Shown: piece by piece, positions 49,551-61,149 of the stretch
Layout of the letters: every line of letters starts with the position of its first letter
Numbering within the stretch: position 1 is the first letter of the stretch
DNA from: Hypanus sabinus
Lineage: Eukaryota
Direction of reading: 5' to 3'
Assembly: GCF_030144855.1 (NCBI RefSeq)
Contig: NC_082724.1
Span: 34,534,001-34,598,000 of the forward strand
Length of the DNA: 64,000 nt
Program-made: the position numbers and the translations under genes
Notes under the pieces: generated by a model
Seen by the model: the letters and a program-made list of their open reading frames with translations, nothing else
Told to the model about the DNA's origin: nothing
The model's database searches: none

Positions 49551-49912
49551 CTGTGCCCCGCACTCCCGTCAGGCAACGCAACACTGCCCCGCTCTCCCGG
49601 CAGGCGACGCAACTCTGCCCCGCACTCCCGGCAGGCGCCGCAACCCTGCCCCGCACTCCCGGCAGGCGCCGCAACCCTGCCCCGCACTCCCGGCAGGCGC
49701 CGCAACCCTGCCCCGCACTCCCGGCAGGCGCCGCAACCCTGCCCCGCACTCCCGGCAGGCGCCGCAACCCTGCCCCGCACTCCCGGCAGGCGCCGCAACC
49801 CTGCCCCGCACTCCCGGCAGGCGCCGCAACCCTGCCCCGCACTCCCGGCAGGCGCCGCAACCCTGCCCCGCACTCCCGGCAGGCGCCGCAACCTTGCCCC
49901 GCACTCCCGGCA
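49551..49912. repeat. 31-bp GC-rich minisatellite, ~11.7 copies
   Basis: Unit ccctgccccgcactcccggcaggcgccgcaa; 8 identical central units, 3 diverged gene-proximal units, one partial. Confidence 0.97.
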
Positions 49913-50711
49913 TTGAGAAGCGCCCTTTGATCTGTGCACAACTTGTTGATCTGCTGGCACATCGAAATGTCTGTAGGTTGCTACATCCCGAGCTGTTACA
50001 AACAAGATGCTGTAAAATCTGTAGACATTGAAAATCAAAGTAATAGAGCATCTGTGGAAAAGAGTCTTGGCCCGAGCCGTCGACTGTACTTTTTCCCATA
50101 TATGCAGCCTGGCCTGCTAAGTTCCTCCAGCATCTTGTGTGTTGCAGGAGTAGGTGCTGAGGGACGTACTGGAGCTTGGTGCGGCCATCACAGGGACTCG
50201 GTGATGAAGGGCCCAAAAAGCCCCAAAACCCTCCTGGACCGGGAGGGGCCCTCAGTTACCGTAGTCGTGAACCGACACCGTGTCCACATGAGTAGCAACA
50301 GTCCTAATGGTTGTAAGGAATGCGATAGAACACCACACAATGTAAGAATGAAACACATTGCACTGTTTAATCTTGTTAATATTGTTTTATTATGAATAAA
50401 GATTATTTTGATAGATTAAAAAAATCTTCCCCCAACTGTTTTCAACATATTAACATGCTTCCTTAATTTCACAGGTCTTCAGATGGGGTTTCAACAATGC
50501 CCTCCCAATATAACTGAAACATAATTTCCCTATGTATGTATTCAAATCCACCAGCAATAGCAGAAACATATAATTATCATATTTCATAATGACTTGCCCT
50601 GACTCCACGACATCTCAGAATACTGCTTTTTTCTCTAAAATTGAATATTCCCTACATTGAATCGTGTAAGGTAAGGGAAACAAGTAGGGTAGTTATGGAA
50701 ACTATAATGAT

Positions 50712-52830
50712 CTTTTGTATATTATTTATTTATTAAATTTTAGAAATTACAAAGAATAAATGTGATGATAAAATAGTAAGAAAAATAATATTAACCCTCC
50801 CCCTCCCCTTAACCCTTATCTAAAGAAAGAAAAAAAGGAAAGAAGAGAAAGATTGCCTGGATATCGGAGGATCCCCACATGCTCCCTGGAGTTCAAAATA
50901 ATTTTGATATTTATTTTTACTTCCCCCAATTACTATAATTTTATCTTCAAAGGACCGATGTATTTAATCCTACCTTTTGTAAGTATGGGAACCAAATTTT
51001 CCAAAATATATTCATTTCTTAGATTATACGTAATTTTTTCAAGTGGAATACAACTATGTATTTCATTATTCCAATGATCCATAGTTAAATATAAATCAGA
51101 TTTCCAAGTAACTGCGATAACTTTTTTGGCTACTGCCGATGCAATTTTTATAAATTTTTTCTGATACTTATTCAGAAAAGGGTTTTTATCACAAATAACC
51201 CTTCCAAAATTAAATTTGGAAGAACAGGAAGGATTAGATATGCCCTTTACATCAAAAGAGGTTGAAGAAGCTTTAGGATCACTTCAGAGTAATAAATCCC
51301 CAGGAGAAGATGGTTTTCCTCCTGAGTTTTATAAAAAATTTAAAGATTTATTAATTCCTCCTTTTATGGAATTAATATACCAAGTGGAAAGAATGCATAA
51401 ACACCCACAATCTTTTTTAACAGCGATCATAACTGTATTGCCAAAAAAAGATAGAGATCCTTTAAAACCAACATCATATAGGCCTATTTCCTTGTTGAAT
51501 ACAGATTATAAAATACTAGCAAAAATTTTATCTAATAGAATATCTAAATATTTACCAAAATTAATACATATGGATCAAACAGGTTTTATTAAAAATAGAC
51601 AATCAATGGATAACATAACCCGGTTACTTAGTATAATTCACTTAGCACAAAAAAAAGAGGAAATGAGTGTGGCAGTTGCTTTGGATGCAGAAAAAGCATT
51701 TGATAGATTAGAATGGGATTTTTTATTTAAGGTATTGGAAAAATATGAGTTAGGAAAATCTTTTATACAATGGATTAAAACTTTAAAAACTAATTCTCAA
51801 GCTAAAGTAGTTACAAATGGTCAGATTTCAACACCATTTTGCTTAACAAGGTCAACTAGACAAGGCTGCCCGTTATCACCTGCTTTATTTGTATTGGCAA
51901 TAGAACCATTAGCTGAATTAATTAAAACAGATTCAGATATTGGGGGCTTTAGAGTTAATCAAGAAGAATTTATCAAGAATTAATCAAGATTAATTTATTT
52001 GCTGATGATGTTTTGATTTATTTAACAAACCCATTGCAATCTTTGCAAAGATTATCTTTTAGATTGGAAGAATATGGGAAAGTATCAGGCTATAAAGTAA
52101 ATTGGGATAAAAGTGAAATTTTACCCCTTACCAAAGGAAATTATAATCAATGTCGATTAGCAACTCAATTTCGATGGTCAATAAATGGGATAAAATATTT
52201 AGGTATTAGAGTTGATAATGATGTAAAAAATTTATACAAACAAAATTATTTGCCATTATTTAAAAAAAGAGGATCTTGATAAATGGATGATGTTACCAAT
52301 AATATTAATAGGTAGTTAATGCTGTAAAAATGAATATATTTCCTAGATTGCAATATTTATTTCAAACTTTACCAATACAATTACCTCAGAAGTTTTTTCA
52401 AGAACTGAATAAATATGTAAGGAAATTTCTTTGGAAAGGAAAGATGTCAAGAATATCACTGGAAAAATTGACATGTAAATTTGATTTAGGAGGGTTACAA
52501 CTTCCAAATTTTAAGAATTATTATAAAACAAATCAACTTAGATTTATTGCGTCTTTTTTTGATGAAGAAAAACCTGCATGGATTAGAATAGAATTAGAGA
52601 AGATTTTATATATAAATGGGAATCCAAATGGATACGGGAAAAAAAAAGAATCTCCTATATTAAGACACTTGATTGATTTATGGAATAAGGTAAATATGGA
52701 TGATGAGATAAAGAAATCTTTATTAGCAAAAAGAACTTTAATTCAAAATAGGCTTATTCCTTTTACAATGGATAATAAACTTTTACATAATTGGTTCCAA
52801 AAGGGGATTAAATATATAGGTGATTGTTTT
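50712..52830 (-). mobile_element. L1-clade LINE, 5'-truncated with inverted 5' segment
   Basis: Minus strand 50712-~51174 is the ORF2 C-terminus (AVAKKVIAVTWKS..W..IPLEKITY) plus 3' UTR and A-rich tail; plus strand ~51175-52830 is RT (KSPGEDGF, SYRPISLLNTDYKI, LDAEKAFDR, TRQGCPLSP, FADD); 14-bp TSD. Confidence 0.9.
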
Positions 52831-53385
52831 GAAACTATGATGATTAAAGAAGAGGAAGTACTGGCGCTTTTAAAGAATATAAAAGTGGATCAATCTCCGG
52901 CTCCTGACAGGATATTCCCTAGGACCTTGAGGGAAGTTAGGGTATAAATAGCAGGGACCCTGACAGAAATATTTCAAATGTCATCAGAGACAGGGATGGT
53001 GCTGGAGGATTGGCGTATTGCTCATGTGGTTCCATTGTCTAAAAGGGGTTTTAAGAGTAAACCTAGCAATTATCGGCCTGTCAATTAGACATCAGTGGTG
53101 GGTAAATTAATGGAAAGTATTCTTCGAGATGGTATATATAATTATCTGGATAGACAGGGTCGGATTAGGAACAGTCAACATGGATTTGTGCGTGGAAGGT
53201 CATGTTTGACAAATCTTACTGAATTTTTTGAAGAGGTTACTAGGAAAGTTGAGGGTAAAGCAGCGGATGTTGTCTATTTGGACTTCAATAAGGCCTTTGA
53301 CAAGGTTCCGCATGGAAGGTTAGTTAGGAAGGTTCAATCATTAGGTATTAATATTGAAGTAGTAAAATGGATTCAACAGTGGCTG

Positions 53386-53595
53386 TAAAGAGCAAACGTG
53401 AGGAAATCTGCAGATGCTGGAAACTCAAACAACACACACAAAATGCTGGTGGAACACGGCATTTGATTTCAAATCTCTTACTATCTCTCCTTTTAGTTAG
53501 TCCTGACGAAGGGTCTCGGCCCGAAATGTCGACAGTGCTTCTCCTTATAGATGCTGCCTGGCCTGCTGTGTTCCACCAGTATTTTGTGTGTGTTG
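53386..53595. mobile_element. Short palindromic-family repeat inserted in CR1 with 14-bp TSD
   Basis: ttcaacagtggctg at 53372-53385 and 53596-53609. Confidence 0.85.
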
Positions 53596-55474
53596 TTCAA
53601 CAGTGGCTGGATGGGAGATGCCAGACAGTAGTGGAGGATAACTGTTTGTCAGGTTGGAGGCCGGTGACTAGTGGTGTGCCTCAGGGATCTGCACTGGGTC
53701 CAATGTTGTTTGTCATATACATTAATGATCTGGATAATGGGGTGATAAATTGGATTAGTAAGTAGGCAGATGATACTAAGATAGGTGGTGTTGTGGATAA
53801 TGAAGTAGATTTTCAAATCTTGCAGAGAGATTTAGGCAAGTTAGAAGACTGGGCTGAAAGATGACAGATGGAGTTTAACGCTGGTAAGTGTGAGGTGCTA
53901 CATTTTGGTAGGACTAATTAAAATAGGACATACATGGTAAATGGTAGGGCATTGAGGAATGCAGTAGAACGGAGTGATCTAGGAATAATGGCGCATGGTT
54001 CCCTGAAGGTGGAATCTCATGTGGATAGGGTGGTGAAGAAAGCTTTTGGTATGCTGGCTTTTATAAGTCAGAGCATTGAGTATAGGAGTTGAGATGTAAT
54101 GTTAAAATTGTACAAGGCATTGGTGAGGCCAAATTTGGAGTATTGTGTACGGTTCTGGTCACCGAAATATAGGAAAGATTGTCAACAAAATAGAGAGAGT
54201 ACAGAGGAGATTTACTAGAATGTTACCTGATTACAGAGAAGTTACAGAGAAAGGTTGAACAAGTTAGGTCTTTATTCTTTGGAGCGTAGAAAGTTGAGGG
54301 GGGACTTGATTGAAGTATTTAAAATTATGAGGGGGATAGATAGAGTTGACGTGGATAGGCTTTTTCCATTGAGAGTAGGGGAGATTCAAACAAAAGGACA
54401 TGAGTTGAGAGTTAAGGGGAAAAAGTTTAGGGGTAACATGAGGGGAAACTTCTTAACTCAGAGTCGTAGCTGTGTGGAACGAGCTTCCAGTATAAGTGGT
54501 AGAGGCAGGTTCTATTTTGTCATTTAAAAAAAGTGGATAGGTATATGGACAGGAAAGGAATGGAGGGTTATGGGCTGAGTACGGGTAGGTGGGACGAGGT
54601 GAGAGTAAGCGTTCGGCACGGACTAGAAGGGCCAAGATGACCTGTTTCTGTGCTGTAATTGTTGTATGGTTATTATATTCCAATTGCCAGATCTGTGCTT
54701 ACTCACTGAACCTACGTCATAGACGAAATATATACCTTTACTGCCCTTTTCTAACAGTCCTTGTGACATCAGCAAATTCAGCAACAACCCTAGTACCTTC
54801 ATCCAAGTCATTTATGTAAAAGAAATTAAGACAATACACCTTTTTTTGCAGCACAATACTCCTCTTGGCAACCAGAAGAAACCCCATTTGTGCCTGCCCT
54901 GTGTTCTGTGTTAGTCTTTGACAAAATCCCAAACCCTTGATGAGGCCCCAAGAAGGAGATTAATTCTACATTGGAAAAATACAACAATAACTAGGCAAGC
55001 TGATCCTTGAGCAGGATGGATGGTCACATGAGGAGAGAGTAGGTCAATTAAATTTGTATTAACCAGAGGTTAGAAGAATAAAAAAGGAACTGTAGACTTT
55101 CAGTAAGATGAAATATAATTAGTGATTTCCCTGTTACAAAAGCTATAAAGTGGCTGAATATATGGACAAGATGGCTGACTCAAGTTTTGTTTTGGACCTG
55201 GCTGAAACGATTTATGGAAATCATATGGTACTTTCCAGTAGATTGCATATTAGATTTTGCCTTATAAGGAGTTGCCATTCACTTGTAGGGGGAGATAAGG
55301 GAGACTCTGAACAGTATAATAGTAAGACAGTTTCAAGGGATTGCTGGAGTTTCTCCATTGACTGGTGCTTGGCATCTGAGATGTCTCCTTGAAGTGTTTG
55401 AGCTCACCAGTGGCTTAAGACTGAATGATTAAGAATGTATATAATTGTAATGAAACTTATTTTTAAATTCATAA

Positions 55475-56040
55475 AATGTAATGTTGCAGCTATATAGGAC
55501 TTCCAAGTACTCCCACTTGGAGTACTGTGCTCAATTCTGGTCGCCTCACTACAGGGAGTACATGGAAACCATAGAAAGGGTGCAGAGGAGATTTATAAGT
55601 ATGTTGCCTGGATTAGGGAGCATGCCTTATGAATGAACTTGGCCTTTTCTCCTTGGAGTGATGGAGAATGAGAGGTGACCTGATAGAGGTGTACAAGATA
55701 TTGAGAGGCATTGATCGTGTGGATAGTCAGAGGCTTTTCCCCAGGGCTGAAATAGCTAACACGAGAGGGCACAGTTTTAAGGTGCTTAGAAGTAGGTACA
55801 GAGGAGATGTCAGGGGTAAGTTTTTTACGCAGGGAGTGGTGAGTGCATGGAATGGGCTGCCAGCGGCGGTGGTGGAAGTAGAAACGATAGGGTCTTTTAA
55901 GAGACTCCTGGATTGATACATGGAGCTTAGAAAAATAGAAGGCTGCGGGTAACCCAAGGTAGTTCTAAGGTAAGGACATGTTCAGGACAACTTTGTGGGC
56001 CGAAGGGCTTGTATTGTGCTGTAGGGTTTCTATGTTTCAT
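55475..56040 (+). mobile_element. CR1 LINE 3' fragment
   Basis: HLEYCAQFWSPHYR, MRGDLIEVYKILRG; same family as 14575-15310. Confidence 0.85.
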
Positions 56041-58764
56041 TACTGATTCAGAAAGGGGGTTTTGTGTATGTATTTGCAAATGAAGGAGTTATTGTAAATG
56101 CTTTATTAGAGTTATGCAAGGCATGTAATACAGAAAGAGAATCAAATAGTGAAATTGCAATTAAAAAAAAGACAAATACTTATCATCCACTGAATGAGAT
56201 GATTTGCAAATTCCTGGAAGGAACCACAAATCCAAAAGGTTTCATGCCTCTCCTTCTTCCCTTCCCCTCCCCATCTTCAATTCTTAGCACAGGCACCTAG
56301 CTGAGAAAAGAATACTCCCTTGTAGAAATTAAGTCCCTTTTCATACCCTTTCAAATCCTGTATATCTTTCCCCCTACTTTCCATGGTAAGGCACCGTTTA
56401 GAGAACGATGCTCTCACTTTCCCTGGACAAACACATATTCGGCTTTATCTACTCTCAAGGATGTGGACTTACACTCATTTAACTTTATCAAAACAAACTC
56501 ACTCCAGACTAACACCATTTTGTCTAACAGACTTCCATTCTATTTTAGCTTAGATCAAGGAGGAATCACATTTAACTCCTTCCTTACGCCAAACAGCACT
56601 GCTAATTGCTGATAATATTCCCATGAATCGCGTTAAACCTGGAGCTGGATCTATTTGTGGATCAAATGAAGAAACCCAAGTTTTGTTCTTTTAGTTGAAT
56701 TAGACTAGGTTCATAGCTATAGTTAGAAGTTGAATTACTGCTGTAGTTAAGAGTTAAGCAAAATTACCTATGTTACAAGTTCCTTTGTTTTTTAGTTCAG
56801 AGCTAACTAAAGTTAATCAAACAACTTGTGAAGCTGTATCTTTCATTGTCAACTCGGTCACTCGAGAGGAACCAAAAGAAACCTGGGCTCTGTTTTGAGA
56901 CTACATTGAAACGTTCAAAACTCTGCCAGGCAAGGAGATTGATTCTATCGGCTGTGATTCGAGAACCATTGGTTGCATCTAGTGATAAAGAGTGACCTCT
57001 AAAGACTGAGATGAGGAAGAATTTCTTCCCTCAGAGGTATAGAACCTGTTGAAATGTCCATCTTAAGGGGGGGCCAAAAATGGATATACGTAAGTAGAAA
57101 ATGGATAGTTTTCTGGAAACAAGGCGTTCAAGGGTGCAGGAGGAAACAGGAATATGATATTGAAATGGAAGATCAAATTGGTTGGAAAATCATACTCAAG
57201 GGGCAAAAGAGCCAACTCATATCCCTGTTTGGGACGAATTCTGGGATACAATGCAGAGCTTCATCACAAACAACTACACAGGATAAGACTCCGCGGACAC
57301 GGTTACAACATAAAGAGCTGATTATTTAAAACTGAGGTGTGTAGAAGTTTCTTCTCCCAAAGGACAATGAACTCTGGAATTTGTTGTCCCAAAGGGTGGT
57401 GGAGGCTAGATTATTAAAAATATTTAAGGTGGAGATGGATAAATAGGTGAAAGATCAAGGAGTTGAAGGTTATTGATTCAAGATTGTTTAATATTATTTT
57501 TACACAAGTAAAAAGGAGAACAAAGTAATTGTCACCCTGGGTGCGATGCAGCACAAACAACACATTAAGGTCAGGGACACTCAATAATAATAATAAAACA
57601 CAATAAATATAAACACATAAGTTAGCTTATTTACATAGATTGACTGAATGCCCATTGAATGCACAGGAGTGTCTGACATAATGTGACCGACAGAAAATGA
57701 TAAGGTTGTGGTGGCTGGGGGTATGAAAGTTTGAGTTAATGGATGGAGGTATTGATCAGTCTTACTGCTTGGGGAAAGTCAGTGTTTTTGAATCTGGTGG
57801 TCCTGCCGATGGATGCTACGCAGCCTCCTCCCCGACGGCTGTGACGGTCCATGAGCCGGGGGGGGGGGGGGATCCTTTATGATGTCACTGGCCCTTTTCC
57901 GGCATCTGTATGTATGTATCTATTGATGGGAGGGGTGAAGTGACTCCTTTGCTCGCATCTTCGGAAACAGCTCTATTTCTATCTTCGATATCTCTCTGTT
58001 TCCTGTTCAAGGTTCTTTTGAAGACCCTGACCTGGAGTTACACTCTGACTTCGGTTCTTTGCGGGAATGGGACCCGCTCTCAGGGCTTCATGTCCAGCCG
58101 TTTTTCAATATCCCAAGGACGTGGCCTGGAAGACGAGTGCCTTCAGTGTCCCGGATTTTCGTGGCTCTGGAGACGGGCTGATTTTAGGCCGGTGCCCCAG
58201 ACTGAGGCACTGTGGGAGAACACGGAACATCAGAAGCGGCAGGTTTGCTGCCGGTTGTGTGTCCAGAGACCAGAGCTCTTTGGGCACAGAGCTCAGAAAA
58301 AGCAACACAACAGACTTTTAACATCATAAATCAACGAGTCTCCCCTCTCGCTGTGAAACGGGGACGCCTCTTTTTCTCTTATTAGGGAGAGAGAGCGCCT
58401 GTGGTCTATCGAATACCAGGTAAACTACTAGTCTTTGGGGTACTGCAAGTCTGTGTCTTTATTGATGCTTTGCTGCACACTTGAGTGCTCGGTGGGGGGT
58501 GCTGATGTTTTCTGCTGGTGGGGAGGGGGTCATTGCTTATGTGTGGGAGGGGGGAGCTTTGGGGTTCTAATGTTTTACCTTCATTCATTCTCTGGGGCAC
58601 TCCTCTATTTTCTTGGATATTTGCAAAGAAAAAGAATTTCAAGATGTATATTGTATACATTCCTCTGACATGAAATGTACGTATTGAACCTATTGATGGT
58701 GGCTAGGCTGGGGGCAGTGTTGAGGTAGACAGTTTTGACGACCCTTTGTACAGTGTTCCTGTCT

Positions 58765-58875
58765 GCAGCAGTGCAGCTTCCACACCGAGCAGCGGTGCAG
58801 TTTCTGTACTGAGCAGCGATGCATCCTCCGTACCGAGCAGCGATGCAGCCTCCGTACCGAGCAGCAATGCAGCTT
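58765..58875. repeat. 24-bp tandem repeat, ~4.6 copies, within a decayed LINE
   Basis: Unit gcagcgatgcagcctccgtaccga with variants. Confidence 0.85.
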
Positions 58876-60361
58876 GTCAGGATGCTCTCTACCGTGCATC
58901 ACCAGAGTGACTGGAGTATAGATGTACATAGACCAGCTCTCCTCAGATATTAGAGGCACCGGTGAGCTTTCCTGATTGTGTATAATGTCTTCTGGGACCC
59001 AGGAGTTTGAAACTGCTGGCAATTTTCCCTGATGTAAGGGGAGGTGTGAGTGGTTCAAGCTGATAACCATCTTGTTTGTCCTGTTGACATTTCGGAAGAG
59101 GTAATTTGGCTGGCACCAGGCCTCGAGCTCTTTCGTCTCCTCTCTGTAGGCCGTCTCATCGTTACTGGTGCCCCACCATCATTGTGCACTAACACAGGAG
59201 CTGAGAGCCATGTAAATCAGCCAGGCTCACACTGGATGGCAGGTGGGCAGACGTGAGGGGCCTGGTGGCCGACTCTTGCTCCTATTTTTGTTGTGTTCTG
59301 TGCAGTACATGTTACACCCCGGGGTTCACAGAGAGACAAATATCACTGTATTGATACTGGAAAAGCAGTCTTTTATGACATCATGTCTCGATCTCCATCA
59401 TTAAGGACTCTCACCACCCTCCTCTCATTACTACCATCGGGGAGGAGATAAAGGCGACTGAAGACACACTCTCAACATTTCAGGAACAGTTTTTTCCCTC
59501 TGGCATCAGATTTCTGAATAGTCCATGATCCCGCAACCACTATCTCATTAATTATATTGTTCTCTTTTTGTACTATAATATATATTTATTTATCATATCT
59601 GATAGTTATATTTTATATATTGCACTATACTGCTGCTGCAAATCAACACATTTCATAACATATATCAGCGAGAATAAACCTGATGCTGATTCTGACTAAA
59701 CTTAGTGGTAGTCCAAATCACGGTGTGGTGGACACCTGTGAGCTCAACCAAATTTAGTCCAAGACCTCAGCTTATGTATTGAGGGGCACACAAAAGCTGG
59801 GTGCATTCACTGCTTGAGCCCTATGAAGGAGCACATTTTGAGGTGAAATCGTGAAGATTAACTTAGTGAATTATAGCTGATAACATGCTACAGGAATAAC
59901 CCGCCGTTACGAAAATATTCCACTTAAAAAAAACGTTTATGTATAAAGTATCTTTTGAAAAACACACACGATAGGCCATTAAAATTAAAGTAGGAAACAA
60001 GTTAGTTTCCATGCACTGCATGTGTGTAAATAGTTTCAATACGTGATCAAATAAATTGTTGTGTTCTTTCATAATCAAATGTCCTGTATCATACACCCTT
60101 GGAGGTCGACCGGGGCGGGGTGGTGGTGCTACCTCCCCGAAAAGAGTTTTTGCAGGGTGGGATGTCTGTTTACTCTTCCATAGATGTTGCCTGGCCTGCT
60201 GAGTTTCTCCAGCATTTTGTGCGTGTTGCTCCGACACGGTATTTTAATGCTGGACTGAAACCCAAAGCAACTTGAAATCAGAACCGAAGGACAAAGACCA
60301 GTTAATAAATCAACATTCACAGTAAACCTTCCACCGACCACGCAGCTTAATGCCTCGATAC

Positions 60362-60458
60362 TGCGCCTGCGCAAACCTGCGACGCGCAATGCTGCCTACA
60401 GCAACCCCGTTACAGTGACGTAGGCCTGATTAGCATACTATATCCCATAATCCATCTC
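60362..60458 (+). promoter_or_regulatory. snRNA-type distal sequence element (DSE) cluster
   Basis: NRF1-type TGCGCCTGCGCA 60362-60373; CRE-like TGACGTAG 60416-60423; octamer variant ATTAGCAT (=ATGCTAAT) 60429-60436; SPH/ZNF143-like TATCCCATAATCCATCTC 60441-60458. Confidence 0.75.
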
Positions 60459-60568
60459 TTTAAACTTTGTTTTAATATATTTGTCGGTTTAGAAGGTTTA
60501 TATAAGAACAAATTATGGAAAGTATTATTATATATAATAATACTAAATGTACTGAAAACAATGGTTTA

Positions 60569-60588
60569 GTCGCTATCAGTGTGAAGTG
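60569..60588 (+). promoter_or_regulatory. Proximal sequence element (PSE, SNAPc site)
   Basis: GTCGCTATCAGTGTGAAGTG resembles vertebrate PSEs (TCACCNTNASTGTRAAGT type); about 110-140 bp downstream of the octamer/SPH; no TATA between PSE and the N run. Confidence 0.7.
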
Positions 60589-60614
60589 TAAGCAATTTCT
60601 AGACCTGGGCTCCC

Positions 60615-60776
60615 NNNNNNNNNNNNNNNNNNNNNNNNNNNNNNNNNNNNNNNNNNNNNNNNNNNNNNNNNNNNNNNNNNNNNNNNNNNNNNNNNNNNNN
60701 NNNNNNNNNNNNNNNNNNNNNNNNNNNNNNNNNNNNNNNNNNNNNNNNNNNNNNNNNNNNNNNNNNNNNNNNNNNN
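60615..60776 (+). ncRNA. Inferred Pol II snRNA-class gene hidden in the 162-nt N run (~130-145 nt; U4, U11, U4atac or U8 size class)
   Basis: Body not visible; inferred only from the flanking DSE, PSE and 3' box at canonical spacing. Confidence 0.6.
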
Positions 60777-60779
60777 ACA

Positions 60780-60793
60780 ATTCAAAAAATAGA
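60780..60793 (+). terminator. snRNA 3' box (Integrator processing signal)
   Basis: ATTCAAAAAATAGA vs consensus GTTYN0-3AAARRYAGA (only the first base differs), 3 nt after the N run. Confidence 0.65.
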
Positions 60794-61149
60794 TCGAATA
60801 CACTTTCACTGGTTGTTTCTTAGTTCTGTGATTTCCAACGCCTTGCACCTTTGACCCATCCTGTTACAGCGTATCAAAGGCGTTACTTTTAACTCCGCGT
60901 CATGTGATCAATTGGTATCACATGATAGAGCGCCGTGTAGGCCTTTTCAACCAGTTACTGCCTGCTCCGACAATCGTTACACAAATGGTATAAGACTGCA
61001 CAGTTACTGATTTTAGGATTTTCCTCCCAAAAATATACTTTATTCAGAATATTACAAAATAAAGTTATTTACATAAAAACCATTGGTTAACTCTGAGTCC
61101 TTATTCAATAAATAAATAAGCAGATGATTTAGGCTTTGCTTCAGAAAGA

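Larger units (their letters stand above)
50663..54676 (+). mobile_element. 5'-truncated CR1 LINE, interrupted by an L1 and a short repeat
   Basis: [65 protein letters not shown]; short 5' piece 50663-50711 lies left of the L1; itself appears to split an older minus-strand CR1. Confidence 0.88.

Noticed and set aside
49551-49912. Possible CRISPR array
   Set aside because: Repeats are contiguous with no unique spacers; eukaryotic context
49260-50216. Five overlapping 160-220 aa ORFs on both strands
   Set aside because: Artefacts of the stop-free 31-bp GC-rich minisatellite (31-aa periodicity); not genes
60615-60776. N run as U1 (similar length) or a Pol III U6/7SK-type gene
   Set aside because: An RNA filling the whole gap would put the PSE at about -45 and the 3' box only 3 nt downstream, both too close; no TATA box is visible, and a 3' box rather than a T run follows
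60799-60811. tacactttcactg as a reverse-strand PSE
   Set aside because: Matches only the 3' half of the PSE; no octamer/SPH found behind it
60472-60848. ORFs spanning the N run
   Set aside because: Open only because Ns contain no stop codons
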